Origin: an uncultured Chloroflexia bacterium
Lineage (GTDB): Bacteria > Chloroflexota > Limnocylindria > Limnocylindrales > CSP1-4
Reading direction: 5' to 3'
Assembly (NCBI GenBank): GCA_963734535.1
Contig: CAVTHS010000003.1
Location: 320,001-384,000, forward strand
Length of the DNA stretch: 64,000 nucleotides
Shown here: one piece after another, positions 28,124-38,637 of the stretch
Layout of the letters: each line of letters begins with the position of its first letter
How positions within the stretch are numbered: the stretch's first letter is position 1
Made by a program: the position numbers and the translations under genes
Notes under the pieces: generated by a model
The model's input: the letters and a program-made list of their open reading frames with translations, nothing else
Told to the model about the DNA's origin: nothing
Databases searched by the model: none

Positions 28124-30859
28124 TCAGGGCGACGGGCTGGGACGCCCGTGGCCGCCGCCGTTCGGAGGCGACGGTGAGGGTTGGGGCGGGGGTGACGGCG
28201 GGAAGGAATCGAGGGGTCCGAGGCTCGGGCACGGGTTGAACGGGTCGAGCGGGTCACACGACGGCCCGGGGGACGGGGACGGGACGAAGAGGTCGCAGGT
28301 CTTCGACGGCGGGAACGGGGCGCCCCAGGTCAGGCCGTACGGGTTCCAGACGCCGGTCTCGTAGAAGTAGCTCGTCCGCGTCTTCTGCGGCCCACCGGCA
28401 ACGCCCGAGCCGCGCCGGGCACGGGCGATCCAGCCGTCGTTGAACGTCTTCCACGCCGGGAAGTCCGTCTCGATGGCGCTGAGATCCAGGAAGCCCTTCA
28501 CCTCGGGCGGGCCTTCGCAGCCGTCCTGCCAGAGGTCGCCCGAGACCGAATCGACCTGGATGCCGACCTTGGTGTTGTCGACCTGGGTCGGGACGGTCCC
28601 GTCGATGAACCACTCCTTGACCGTCCTCGACGAGAAGGGCCCGGGCTTCATCCCGGAGTAGGCGTCGACGGTTGCCTGCACGACGCCCGGCGGCGACTGG
28701 AAGTCCGCGATCGGCTGGCCCTTCGTGGCCGCGGTCAGGAAGGACTGCCAGAGCGAGGCGGCCGATTCCAGGGAGACGACGCCGGCCGGCGGAGCGGAGT
28801 TGTCGGAGTTGCCCATCCAGGCCCCGACCACGAACGCCGGCGCCTTGGGGTCCTCGGGCGGGGCCAGGAAACCCATCGCCGTCAGGTCCTTCGTGTCGTT
28901 CGTCGTTCCCGTCTTGAGCGCCGCGGGTCGGCGGGTCGTGCCGTCCAGGATCGCGCGCTTGCTCCAGAACGGGTTCTGGGCCGGATCCGTGTTCCCGGCG
29001 AGGATGTCGGTCATGATGAACGCGGCCTGCGGGCTCACCGCGACCTTGCCCAGGGGGAGCGCGCCGGCCGGCGGCCAGATCTTCTGCCCGCTCGGGCTGC
29101 GGACCTCGAGGATCGTCGTGCGCGGCATGAGGACGCCGCCGTTCGCGATCGCGCCGTATGCGCTGATGAGGTCGATCATGTGGACCTCGAGGGTGCCGAG
29201 CGCGATCGAGGATCCGGCCTTGAAGGTCGATGACTGGTAGCGGAGGCCGAAGTCCTTCGAGCGCTGGAACACTCGTTCGGGCCCGATCTCGATCGCGGCC
29301 TTGACGGCCGGGATGTTGATCGACACGTGGATCGCGTCGCGCATCCTGACGGGCCCTCGCTCGAGGAGGTCGGCGTCGGTCGGCGTGTAGCCGCCCCCGA
29401 AGTCGGTCACGACGTCCATGAACAGCGACGCGGCGGTGAGCGAGTGGTCCTCGAGCCCCACGAGGTAGTTGATCGGCTTGAAGGCGGACCCGGGCTGCCG
29501 CCAGCCGTCCTCGAGCACGTCGAACTGAGGCTGGAACTTCTTGTTGCCCGGGAGGTAGAAGCCGGCGCTGCCCGTGTACGCGTAGACCTGGCCGGTGCGG
29601 TAGTCGATCGCCGCGAGCGCCCCGTTGTTGACGCCCGCGCCCACCAGGTGCTTGATCCAATCCTGGTAGGGGACGCCGACGGCCTTGACGTATGCCGCGG
29701 GATCCTTGGCATTCGGGCCCTGGGCGCCGGCCTGGGTCCACTTCTCGGCGAGTCGCTGCATCCGCCAGTCCAGCGTCGTGACGACGGTGAAGCCGCCCGT
29801 GTCGATCGCGGGGCAGTTGTCGGCGAGGGCGGCCGTACACAGGATCTCGCCGAGCTGGTGCCGGACCTGCAGCACGAACTGGGGAGCCAGCCAGCGCTGG
29901 TTGGCGGGTGGCGTGACCACCACCGGCTCCTGCATGGCCGCGTCGTAGTCGGCAGCCGAGTAGGTGCCCACCGTCAGCACGGCCCGCGTCCTCATGAGGC
30001 CCAGGATGTAGTTTCGCCGCTGCACGATCGGTGAGTCGGGGGGAACGACCAGGTGGACCTTGCCGTCGGCCCCGGTCTGCTCGACCGCGTTCTGGACCAG
30101 GTCGAACTCGGAGGGGGACTGCGGGATCGCGGCGAGGATCGCGGCCTGGGCCAGGGTCAGCTTCTTCAGGTCGCTGATGCCCCAGTAGCCGCGAGCGGCC
30201 GCGGCGACCCCGTAGCTGCTGTTTCCGTAGAAGTTCTGGTTCAGGTAGGCGGTGATGATCTCGCGCTTGCCCTCGACGCCGGGGAACTCCTGCGTCAGGC
30301 GCACCGACTGGATGATCTCGCGGATCTTCCGCTCGTATGTCGAGCCCTTGAACGCCGAGGCAGGCAGGAGCCGTGCCCGGACGAGCTGCTGGGTGATCGT
30401 CGAGGCGCCACGGGAGTTGCCGCTGAGCGTGTCCAGCCCCGCGGAGATGATCCCGGCTGGATCGAACCCGGCGTTGTCCCAGAAGGTCTTGTCCTCGATG
30501 GACGTGGTGGCGTCGACGATCGCGGGGTTGAGCTGGTCGAAGGTGACCACGTCGCGCTGCTCGCGCGCGAATGAGGCCAGCTGCACCTTCCCGCTCCGGT
30601 CGAGGACCGTCGTCGCCTGGTTGAAGACGAGGTTGCTGAAGACGTCCTTCGGATTCGGGAGGCCCTGGCTGTAGTAGCTGAACGCGGTCACGGCGCCCGC
30701 AAAGCCCACGATCCCGGCCACCAGGAAGGAAGCGAAGAGGAAGATGGGAAGCGCGATCGCGATCCGTGCGACGTTCTGATCGCCCGAGGACCGGCGGCCT
30801 GCGCCGTTCCGGCGGCGTCGTTGCCGTCGGGCAAGGCTGGTCTGCATGGCGTCCGTCAC
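28124..30859 (-). CDS. Class A penicillin-binding protein (transglycosylase-transpeptidase)
   Basis: EDKTF, GASTITQQL, QPGSAFK, SIN, KTGT; N-terminal TM. Confidence 0.93.
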   Translation of the reverse strand: MTDAMQTSLARRQRRRRNGAGRRSSGDQNVARIAIALPIFLFASFLVAGIVGFAGAVTAFSYYSQGLPNPKDVFSNLVFNQATTVLDRSGKVQLASFAREQRDVVTFDQLNPAIVDATTSIEDKTFWDNAGFDPAGIISAGLDTLSGNSRGASTITQQLVRARLLPASAFKGSTYERKIREIIQSVRLTQEFPGVEGKREIITAYLNQNFYGNSSYGVAAAARGYWGISDLKKLTLAQAAILAAIPQSPSEFDLVQNAVEQTGADGKVHLVVPPDSPIVQRRNYILGLMRTRAVLTVGTYSAADYDAAMQEPVVVTPPANQRWLAPQFVLQVRHQLGEILCTAALADNCPAIDTGGFTVVTTLDWRMQRLAEKWTQAGAQGPNAKDPAAYVKAVGVPYQDWIKHLVGAGVNNGALAAIDYRTGQVYAYTGSAGFYLPGNKKFQPQFDVLEDGWRQPGSAFKPINYLVGLEDHSLTAASLFMDVVTDFGGGYTPTDADLLERGPVRMRDAIHVSINIPAVKAAIEIGPERVFQRSKDFGLRYQSSTFKAGSSIALGTLEVHMIDLISAYGAIANGGVLMPRTTILEVRSPSGQKIWPPAGALPLGKVAVSPQAAFIMTDILAGNTDPAQNPFWSKRAILDGTTRRPAALKTGTTNDTKDLTAMGFLAPPEDPKAPAFVVGAWMGNSDNSAPPAGVVSLESAASLWQSFLTAATKGQPIADFQSPPGVVQATVDAYSGMKPGPFSSRTVKEWFIDGTVPTQVDNTKVGIQVDSVSGDLWQDGCEGPPEVKGFLDLSAIETDFPAWKTFNDGWIARARRGSGVAGGPQKTRTSYFYETGVWNPYGLTWGAPFPPSKTCDLFVPSPSPGPSCDPLDPFNPCPSLGPLDSFPPSPPPQPSPSPPNGGGHGRPSPSP

Positions 30860-30936
30860 GATAGCATAGGTGGCATGACCTCCCGATCGACCTCGCCGGC
30901 CCGGTTCGACGTGTCCGAGCCGCGAGATCGAAGCTC

Positions 30937-32277
30937 GTGAGCGCCCCCGGCCTCGCCGGCCTGCTCCCGGATCTGCGCTGGCGCGGGCTCGTCCACGCCA
31001 CGACCGACGGTCTCGAGGCGCGCCTCGCTTCGGGCCGGCCGCTTCGCGCCTACAACGGCTTCGATCCCACGTTCCGGTCGCTCCACGTGGGGCACCTGAT
31101 CCCGATCTTCGGGCTGGTGCGGCTCCAGCGGTTCGGGGGCCAGCCGGTTGCCGTCGTCGGTGGCGGCACCGGCATGATCGGCGACCCGTCGGGGCGATCG
31201 GCCGAGCGGCCGCTGCTCGATCGCTCGGCGATCGCGGCCAACCTCAACTCGATCCGGGATCAGCTCGCCCACTTCCTGGATTTCGCGCCCGGCCCGACGC
31301 AGGCGCTCGTGGTGAACAACCTCGACTGGCTCGGGGATGCCCGCCTGCTCGACTTCCTGCGCGATGTCGGCAAGCACTTCACGGTGCCGTACATGCTGGC
31401 CAAGGACTCGGTCCAGGTGCGCATCGAGAAGGGGCTCTCGTACACCGAGTTCAGCTACATGCTGCTGCAGGCAACCGACTTCCTGCACCTCCATCGGTCC
31501 TACGGGGTGGAGCTCCAGTGCGGCGGCGCGGACCAGTGGGGCAACATCACCGCGGGCCTCGAGCTGATCCGTCGCACGACGGGCGCGCGCCACGCGGAGG
31601 CCGACGGGGAGTCCGAGCCGGCCCACGGCCTTGCCTACCCGCTCCTGCTGAACGCCTCGGGCGCCAAGTTCGGGAAGAGCGAGTCCGGCGAGTCGATCTG
31701 GCTCGACGCCGGGCTCACCTCTCCATACCGCTTCTACCAGTACTGGCTCGACGCCGAGGACCGGGACGTCGGCACCTACCTGCGCTGGTTCACGCTCTTC
31801 GACCGCGTCCGCATCGAGGAGCTCGACGCCGAGCTCCTCGCGCATCCCGAGCGGCGCGAGGCCCAGCGCGCCCTTGCGCGTGACCTCACGGAGCGAACCC
31901 ACGGGCGCGGCGCGGCCGAGCGGGTGCGGCGCGTCAGCGAGCTCGTCTTCGGCGGGGACCCTGCTGCCGCCGATGCCCAGACCCTCGCCGACCTGGCCGC
32001 CGAGATCCCGGCGGCGCCCTGGCCGGAAGGCGATCCCGCCGATCCCGACCGACCGGGGCTGGACCTCGTGGAGGTCCTGATCCTGGCCGGCACGGCTGCA
32101 TCGCGGGGCGAGGCGCGGCGGCTCGTGGACCAGGGCGGCGTGCACGTGAACGGCCGGGCGGCGCGAGACCCGGAGGAGCGCTTCACCACCGACGACCTGC
32201 TGGCCGGCCGGTTCCTCCTGGTGCGACGCGGCAAGCGCGACCAGCGGCTCATCGTGCGCGGGCTGGGGAGGGCGTGA
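30937..32277 (+). CDS. tyrS: Tyrosyl-tRNA synthetase
   Basis: GFDPT..SLHVGH, GGADQWGNI, KFGKS. Confidence 0.96.
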   Translation: MSAPGLAGLLPDLRWRGLVHATTDGLEARLASGRPLRAYNGFDPTFRSLHVGHLIPIFGLVRLQRFGGQPVAVVGGGTGMIGDPSGRSAERPLLDRSAIAANLNSIRDQLAHFLDFAPGPTQALVVNNLDWLGDARLLDFLRDVGKHFTVPYMLAKDSVQVRIEKGLSYTEFSYMLLQATDFLHLHRSYGVELQCGGADQWGNITAGLELIRRTTGARHAEADGESEPAHGLAYPLLLNASGAKFGKSESGESIWLDAGLTSPYRFYQYWLDAEDRDVGTYLRWFTLFDRVRIEELDAELLAHPERREAQRALARDLTERTHGRGAAERVRRVSELVFGGDPAAADAQTLADLAAEIPAAPWPEGDPADPDRPGLDLVEVLILAGTAASRGEARRLVDQGGVHVNGRAARDPEERFTTDDLLAGRFLLVRRGKRDQRLIVRGLGRA

Positions 32278-32873
32278 TCGAGGTGGCTCGCGGCCATATC
32301 CAGGTGATCGCCGGCTGCATGTTCAGCGGGAAGACCGATGAGCTGCTGCGGCTTCTTCGGCGAGCCGAGATCGCGCGGCGGCGGATCCTGCTGGTCCGTC
32401 CGAAGATCGACGACCGCACCGAGGCCGAGGTCGTGCGGAGCCGATCGGGCGCCGCCTACGGCTCGACCTCTGTGGAGAGCCCCGCCGAGATCGAGACGCT
32501 GGCGAAGGACGCCTGGGCGGACATGATCGCGATCGAGGAGGCGCAGTTCTTCCCCGCCAGCCTGGTGCCGGTCGTGGAGCGGCTCGCCGTCGCCGGGAGG
32601 ACGGTGATCCTGTCCGGCCTCAACACGGACTTCCGCGGACGCCCGTTCGGGCCGATGCCGGAGCTCATGGCCATCGCGGACGGGATCACCTCGCTGACCG
32701 CCATCTGCACGGTGTGCGGCGACGAGGCGACCCGGACGCAGCGGCTGATCGACGGACGCCCGGCCGGCGCCAACGAGCCGGTCGTGGTGGTCGGCGGCCT
32801 GGCCTCGGAGATGCCGACGCCGCGCCGCGAGACGTACGAGGCGCGTTGCCGCGGCCATCACGAGCTGCCGTAG
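32274..32873 (+). CDS. tdk: Thymidine kinase
   Basis: GCMFSGKT, EEAQF, Zn-binding Cys residues, YEARCR. Confidence 0.93.
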   Translation: MIEVARGHIQVIAGCMFSGKTDELLRLLRRAEIARRRILLVRPKIDDRTEAEVVRSRSGAAYGSTSVESPAEIETLAKDAWADMIAIEEAQFFPASLVPVVERLAVAGRTVILSGLNTDFRGRPFGPMPELMAIADGITSLTAICTVCGDEATRTQRLIDGRPAGANEPVVVVGGLASEMPTPRRETYEARCRGHHELP

Positions 32874-32982
32874 CGCGGCCCGCGTGTCGGCCCGGCTGGG
32901 TCCCCCTGTGGGTCGCGGCCTGCCTCGATCACCCGTACCCGGGCTGCGTCCGCGTCACCTCGGGCTTGGGTGCCCGCCGGCC

Positions 32983-33762
32983 TCATCCGGCGTGGCGCTC
33001 GCGGAGCGTCTCGATCACCGCGGCCGGCGGAAGGCCGCGCTCGGCGAGGAGCACCAGGGCGTGGTACAGGAGGTCCGCGGCTTCGCCGGCCAGCGCGGCG
33101 CGCAGCGCGGTTCGGTCCTCGCCGGCGGCCTCCGCGACGGCATCGTCCTTCGCCGCCATCAGGACCTCGGTCGCCTCCTCGACAACCTTGCGTGCGGGAC
33201 CGTCGACGCCGGCGGACAGCAGCCGCGCGGTGTACGAGCCCGCGGGTCGCGCCGCGGCGCGGCCGGTGATCGTCGACCAGAGCGTCTCGAGCCACGCGAA
33301 ACCCTGCGCGCGGTCGGCGGGCACGGGCGACCCGGCGGCCGGAGATGCCGGCGCTGGACCAGTGGCCGGAGATGCCGGGGCCGAATCAGCGGCCGCGGCT
33401 GCCGCCGGAGCGCCGTCGGGGTCGAAGCAGCTCCGGGTGCCCCGGTGACACGCCGGGCCGGCCGGTTCAACCCTGGCGAGGATCGCATCGCCGTCGCAGT
33501 CGAGCGCAAGGCTTCGCAGGCGGAGGGTGTTGCCGCTCGTCTCGCCCTTGCGCCAGAGGCGGCCCCGCGACCGCGAGAAGAAGTGGACCTCGCCGGTCGC
33601 GAAGGTTGCCGCCAGGGCCTCCGCGTTCGCATACGCGAGCATCAGGACGCGGCCATCGGCGGCATCCTGCACGACGACCGGGACGAGGCCGTCGGACGCC
33701 CACCGGACGCTGCCCGCGTCGGTGATGGGTCCGGCCGCCGAGGGCGCCTCCCTGCCGCTCAC
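32983..33762 (-). CDS. hisIE: Bifunctional PR-AMP cyclohydrolase / PR-ATP pyrophosphatase
   Basis: [39 protein letters not shown]. Confidence 0.95.
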   Translation of the reverse strand: MSGREAPSAAGPITDAGSVRWASDGLVPVVVQDAADGRVLMLAYANAEALAATFATGEVHFFSRSRGRLWRKGETSGNTLRLRSLALDCDGDAILARVEPAGPACHRGTRSCFDPDGAPAAAAAADSAPASPATGPAPASPAAGSPVPADRAQGFAWLETLWSTITGRAAARPAGSYTARLLSAGVDGPARKVVEEATEVLMAAKDDAVAEAAGEDRTALRAALAGEAADLLYHALVLLAERGLPPAAVIETLRERHAG

Positions 33763-34550
33763 GCGACTGCCGCCGTCGTTCGGCGCACCGGGATCCCGGC
33801 GGCAGCCATCGCCGCCTTGACGGCCGCGATCGAGTGGCGCCGGCGATGGAAGATGGACGCGGCCAGGACCGCGGACGCGCCCCCGTCGCGGACCGCGGCC
33901 ACGAAGTCGTCGGGGCCGGAGGCGCCGCCCGAGGCGATGACCGGCACCGGCACGCGATCCGCGATCGCCCGGAGCAGCTTGGTGTCGAAGCCGGCGCCGG
34001 TCCCGTCGCGATCGATCGAGGTGACCAGGAGCTCCCCCGCGCCGGCAGCGACGGCCCGCTCCGCCCATGTCAGCGCGTCGAGGCCGGTCGCCTCGCGGCC
34101 GCCCTTGACCACGACCTCCCAGCCCGCGCCGGGATCGTCGGGGCCTGCGCGGCGGCGGGCGTCGATCGCGACGACCACGGCCTGGCTGCCGAAGCGCCGG
34201 GCACACCGCCGGACCAGGGCCGGATCGCGAACCGCGGCCGTGTTGAACGAGACCTTGTCGGCTCCCGCCCGCAGGACGTCGCGCATCTCGGTCACGCTCC
34301 GGACCCCACCCCCCACGGTGAGCGGCACGAACGCGCGGCGGGCGGTCCGCTCGACGACCTCGAGGAGGGTGCCGCGGCCGTCCGGCGCGGCGTCGATGTC
34401 GAGGAAGACGATCTCGTCGGCGCCCTCCGCGGCATAGCGCTCTGCGAGCTCCGGCGGGTCGCCCTCGTCGGTCAGATCCACGAACCGGGTCCCCTTGACC
34501 ACCCGGCCGCGGGCGACGTCGAGGCAGGGGATGACGCGAACGCGGAGCAT
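33759..34550 (-). CDS. hisF: Imidazole glycerol phosphate synthase cyclase subunit
   Basis: [22 protein letters not shown]. Confidence 0.96.
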   Translation of the reverse strand: MLRVRVIPCLDVARGRVVKGTRFVDLTDEGDPPELAERYAAEGADEIVFLDIDAAPDGRGTLLEVVERTARRAFVPLTVGGGVRSVTEMRDVLRAGADKVSFNTAAVRDPALVRRCARRFGSQAVVVAIDARRRAGPDDPGAGWEVVVKGGREATGLDALTWAERAVAAGAGELLVTSIDRDGTGAGFDTKLLRAIADRVPVPVIASGGASGPDDFVAAVRDGGASAVLAASIFHRRRHSIAAVKAAMAAAGIPVRRTTAAVA

Positions 34551-35305
34551 CAGCCGGCCACCACGGGTTGGCGCGACCCGCCCGGCGCCGGAGCGGCCGC
34601 GCCTGCCGAGGAAGCGGCCGCGCCGGCCGCGTCCCAGCCCGCCGCGGAAGCGGCCGCGCCGGCCGCGGCAAGCCCCACGAAGTTGGCGAGCAGCCGGAGC
34701 CCGTCCCGGCCGCTCCGCTCGGGATGGAACTGCACGCCGGCGAGCGGTCCGCGGGCGATCGCGGAGACGAATCGCGCGCCATGGGTCGTCTCCGCGAGCG
34801 TCAGGGCGTCTGCGCCGGGCCCGGGCGCCGCGGCGTACGAGTGGACGAAGTAGAAGTCGGCAGCGTCGTCGATCCCCTCGAACAGCGGGTGGGCCCGCCG
34901 GCGCTCCACCTGGTTCCAGCCGATGTGCGGCAGTCGCGGCGCATCCTCGAGACGAACCGTCCGCCCGGGCAGCACGCCCAGCGTCTCCGCGCCGTCCTCG
35001 TCGCTCCCCTCGAAGAGAAGCTGGAGGCCGAGGCAGATGCCGAGGACGGGTCGCCCGTCCGCGATCCAGGCCCGGATCGGTTCGTCGAGGCCGCGCCGCC
35101 GGAGGCGGGACATCGCCGGCGCGGCGGCCCCCACGCCCGGCACGACGAGCGCGTCGGCCCCGGAGAAGGCCCGAGGATCGCGTGCCATGACGACGTCGGC
35201 TCCGGCGGCGGTGAGCGCCTGCTCGATGCTCACCAGGTTGCCGGCCCCGTAGTCGACGACGGCGACCCGGGTGACCCGGGACCGGGTGACCCCGGACCGG
35301 CTCAT
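34550..35305 (-). CDS. hisH: Imidazole glycerol phosphate synthase glutaminase subunit
   Basis: DYGAGN, PGVG, GICLG, QFHPE. Confidence 0.95.
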   Translation of the reverse strand: MSRSGVTRSRVTRVAVVDYGAGNLVSIEQALTAAGADVVMARDPRAFSGADALVVPGVGAAAPAMSRLRRRGLDEPIRAWIADGRPVLGICLGLQLLFEGSDEDGAETLGVLPGRTVRLEDAPRLPHIGWNQVERRRAHPLFEGIDDAADFYFVHSYAAAPGPGADALTLAETTHGARFVSAIARGPLAGVQFHPERSGRDGLRLLANFVGLAAAGAAASAAGWDAAGAAASSAGAAAPAPGGSRQPVVAG

Positions 35306-35931
35306 CCGAGGCTGCCCTTCGTCGAAGGGACCGCGCCCGCCCGACGCGGATCCTTTGCCACGGCCGCACGCAGCGCGCGCGCAAGCGCCTTGAACGCCGC
35401 CTCTGCGAGGTGATGGTCGTTGCGGCCGGTTCCGCGAAGGTGGAGCGTGGTGCCCGACGTGCGTGCGAACGCCTCCAGCGCGTGCTCGATGAGCTGGGTC
35501 GGCAGGGCCCCCACGCGCTCGCCCCGGAATGGCAGGTCCACCACCGCGTACGGGCGGCCGCCGACGTCGACGACCGCGGTCGCGAGCGCTTCGTCCATCG
35601 GCACCGACGCCTCCCCGAAGCGAGCGATGCCGGCCCGCTCGCCGAGCGCCTCGGCGAGCGCGTTCCCGAGCACGAGCGCCACGTCCTCGACGGTGTGGTG
35701 CTCGTCGACCTGGAGGTCCCCGGTCGCGCGCACGGCGAGATCGAACATGCCGTGCTGCGCGAACGAGCCGAGGAGGTGGTCCAGGAACCCGACCCCGCTC
35801 CGCACGTCGGCGGCCCCCGTGCCGTCGAGGTCGAGCGTCACCGCGATGTCGGTCTCCCTGGTGTGCCGGGCGACCGTGACGCGTCGCCCCTCGCGGGCCG
35901 CGACCTCGAAGGTGCCGTGGGGGGTCGTCAT
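35302..35931 (-). CDS. hisB: Imidazoleglycerol-phosphate dehydratase
   Basis: [25 protein letters not shown]. Confidence 0.96.
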   Translation of the reverse strand: MTTPHGTFEVAAREGRRVTVARHTRETDIAVTLDLDGTGAADVRSGVGFLDHLLGSFAQHGMFDLAVRATGDLQVDEHHTVEDVALVLGNALAEALGERAGIARFGEASVPMDEALATAVVDVGGRPYAVVDLPFRGERVGALPTQLIEHALEAFARTSGTTLHLRGTGRNDHHLAEAAFKALARALRAAVAKDPRRAGAVPSTKGSLG

Positions 35932-37108
35932 GACGCGGTCTCCTTCGCAGGGTCAGGGGGAGGGTGGGGGAGGGACGGGACGATCTCGGCCAATGCCGCG
36001 ACCAGGCGGTCGTCCTCGGCCGGGGAGCGGACCGTGAAGCGGAGGTGATCGGCGAGTGCGTGGGAAGGCCCGAACGTGCGTGGCACGAGCCCGCGCCGCA
36101 GCAGCCCCTCGGCGACGGCCATCGCCCGGGCCCGATCAGCCGAATCGGACGAGCAGGAAGTTGGTGACGGACGGGCCTGCCGGGATCCCGAGGCTCGCAA
36201 GCGCATCAGCCAGCCGCGCACGCTCAGCCGTGACGCGCAGGACGTTCTCCCGGAGCGCGTCGGGGTCCCGCAGCGCGGCCGCCACGATGGCGACCGAGGG
36301 GACCGAGACCGACCCGGGCGGCCGGTATGGCTCCATCTCGCGGACGAGGTCGCTGTGCGCGATCGCGAACCCGACGCGGAGCCCGGCGAGCGCGTAGGCC
36401 TTCGAGGCGGTCCGGACGACGATGAGCCGCGGATAGGACGCGCGCAGCCCCACGAGGGACGTGCCGACGAACTCGGCGTACGCCTCGTCGAGGACCACCA
36501 CGGGCGCGTCTCGGCCCGCGGCATCCGCGTCGGCGCGCAGCTCGCTCAAGAGCGCAGCGATCGCGCCGGATGGCTCGGGAAGCCCGGTCGGGTTGTTCGG
36601 GCTGCAGAGCCAGACGACGGCCGCGTCGCGGGCAGCCTCTCGGACGGCGGGCCGGTCGAGGGCAAACCCGTCGGATGCCGGGCCGCGCGGGACCGCGATG
36701 GGCTGCGCCGGCCGCTGCTCGGTCAGGATGCCGTACATGGCGTAGGTGGGCGTTGGGATGACGGCGCGGGAGCCCGGTCGCAGGAACGCCTTCGCGACGA
36801 GGTCGAGGATCTCGTCCGCGCCCGCGCCCACCAGGAGCTCGTCGCTGCCGACCCCGTAGGTCTCGGCTGCCGCCGCGACCAGGTCACGATAGTCGGACGG
36901 CGGGTACTCGGAGATCGGGCGCCCGAACGCGCCCGCCCGGAGCAGCCGCAGGGCGAGGTCGGGCGGGGCAGGGGAGGTGTTCAGGTCGAAGCGCGACGAT
37001 CGCCGACAGGGCGACGCCGTAGCGTGCGCTCACCTGCTCGTCGGTTGCCTCCCAGGCGTAGCCGGAAGGCGTGACGGCGACGGCCTGCGCGGCGGGCGCC
37101 TGGCTCAT
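35928..37108 (-). CDS. hisC: Histidinol-phosphate aminotransferase with two apparent frameshifts (near 36995 and 36140)
   Basis: RFDLNTSP, GADE, CSPNNPTG, DEAY, RTASKA; N- and C-termini lie in other frames and overlap the neighbours by ATGA. Confidence 0.85.
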
Positions 37109-38031
37109 GCGATCAGCTTCTCGATGGGCAGGACCAGGATCCCGGACGCACCGGCGGCCTTGAGGCGCGGGAGGAGGTCCCACACGTCGTCCGATCCGAC
37201 CACGGCGTGGATCGCGATCATGCCGGCGTGCGCCAGCGGGATCACCGATGGGCTCTCGAGCCCCGGAAGGAGCGCCTCGAGATCGGCCAGGCGCGCGACC
37301 GGCGCGTTCATCATCACGTACTTCCGCCGGCGGCCCGCCAGGACCGCGCCGAGCATCGTGTCGAGCCGGTCGACCGCGTCGGCCTCGGCGACGAGACGGG
37401 CCGGGTTCCCGACGAGGACGGCCTCGGACGCGAGCAGGTCACCGATCGGTCGCAGGCCGTTCGTGCCCAGCGTGACGCCCGTGGACACGAGGTCGACGAT
37501 CGCGTCCGCGAGCCCGAGGCGCGGAGCGACCTCCACGGCACCCGACAGCGGGATCACGACAACGGGGATCCCGCGGCCTTCGAACCAGCGCCGCGTGGCG
37601 CCCGGGTGGGCCGTCGCGATGCGGAGGCCGGTGAGATCCGCGATCTCGCGCTGCGGGGCATCCCGCGGGACGGCTGCCGCGAGGCGGCAGCGACCGTAGC
37701 CGAGGGATCGCACGATCGGCAGGGTGGCGTCCGCCTCGGCAAGCAGGTCGCCGCCGGTGATCCCGAGGTCCGCGACGCCGTCTCCCACGAACTCGATCAC
37801 GTCGTTCGTGCGGACGAACAGGATGTCCAGCGGCACGTTCTCGACGTGGCTGACCAGGCTGCGGTCCCGCTCCTCGAAGACGAGCCCCGCGTCGTGGAGG
37901 AGGGTGAGGGTCGGCTCGACAAGGCGACCCTTGTTGGGAACGGCGAGCGTCATCCGGCGCAGCGCGCCCGCGGCTCGACGCTCCCGAAGGGCGGGGTCGT
38001 CCACCGTGGACTCCACCTCGGCCGCTTTCAT
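37105..38031 (-). CDS. hisG: ATP phosphoribosyltransferase (long form)
   Basis: AVPNKGRL, ADLGITG, GAVEVAP, IVDLVSTG, C-terminal regulatory domain. Confidence 0.95.
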   Translation of the reverse strand: MKAAEVESTVDDPALRERRAAGALRRMTLAVPNKGRLVEPTLTLLHDAGLVFEERDRSLVSHVENVPLDILFVRTNDVIEFVGDGVADLGITGGDLLAEADATLPIVRSLGYGRCRLAAAVPRDAPQREIADLTGLRIATAHPGATRRWFEGRGIPVVVIPLSGAVEVAPRLGLADAIVDLVSTGVTLGTNGLRPIGDLLASEAVLVGNPARLVAEADAVDRLDTMLGAVLAGRRRKYVMMNAPVARLADLEALLPGLESPSVIPLAHAGMIAIHAVVGSDDVWDLLPRLKAAGASGILVLPIEKLIA

Positions 38032-38486
38032 CGGGTCGCACCCGACGGTTCGATCGGGGCGGAGCGATGCTCGTCGGCCTCAGGGTATCGAGCTGTTCCA
38101 GCCTTCCCGGAATCGGCCGCACCCGCGGAATCGGCCGCACCCGCGGAATCGGCCGCACCCGCGGAATCGGCCGCACCCGCGGAGGAGCCCCGGCGGCGCG
38201 AGCGCTCGAGCAGGAGCCGGTACCCACCCTCGCCGTGATTCAGCCACGACGCGATCCGGGTGATCGTCGCGGTGCTCGCGCCCGTCCGCCGGCTGATCTC
38301 GCTGTAGTGGAGGCCGGCGCCGAGCAGCCGCACCACCGTCCAGCGCTGCGCCAGGTCGCGGATCTCGCCGAGCGTGCAGAGGTCGCGGAGGAACGCGGCC
38401 GCCTCGTCGCGGCTCTCCAGGTCCAGGAGGACGTCGAAGAGCGCCTCGACATCGGCGGAGCGCCAGTCGTCGGCCGTGGACTGCAT
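38028..38486 (-). CDS. YerC/YecD TrpR-like transcriptional regulator (probable HisR)
   Basis: FLRDLCT..E...LAQR, TGASTATITR, GEGGY; first gene of the his operon. Confidence 0.9.
   Translation of the reverse strand: MQSTADDWRSADVEALFDVLLDLESRDEAAAFLRDLCTLGEIRDLAQRWTVVRLLGAGLHYSEISRRTGASTATITRIASWLNHGEGGYRLLLERSRRRGSSAGAADSAGAADSAGAADSAGAADSGKAGTARYPEADEHRSAPIEPSGATR
38108..38183. repeat. 18-bp tandem repeat x4 (SAGAAD) in regulator C-terminal tail
   Basis: CGGAATCGGCCGCACCCG x4. Confidence 0.95.
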
Positions 38487-38525
38487 CGCGTCATGCCTCG
38501 TGGTAGCGGGGTATCGGGGTAGCGA

Positions 38526-38621
38526 GTTCGTCGTGGCGGAGTGCCGTGTTCGTGGTAGCGGACCGGCGAGTTCGTCGTAACGGGGTGAGGTGTTCGTGGT
38601 AGCGTAGTAGCGTGTTACAAC
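38526..38621. promoter_or_regulatory. 22-bp-phased repeat array plus imperfect palindrome, candidate HisR operators
   Basis: GTTCGTSGTRRCG at 38526, 38548, 38570, 38592; GTAGTAGC-GT-GTTACAAC at 38604-38621. Confidence 0.6.
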
Positions 38622-38637
38622 GTTATCACAGAATCAG

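Noticed and set aside
38490-38630. His-rich attenuator leader peptide
   Set aside because: One minus-strand frame has four scattered His codons, but no start codon, no His run and no terminator
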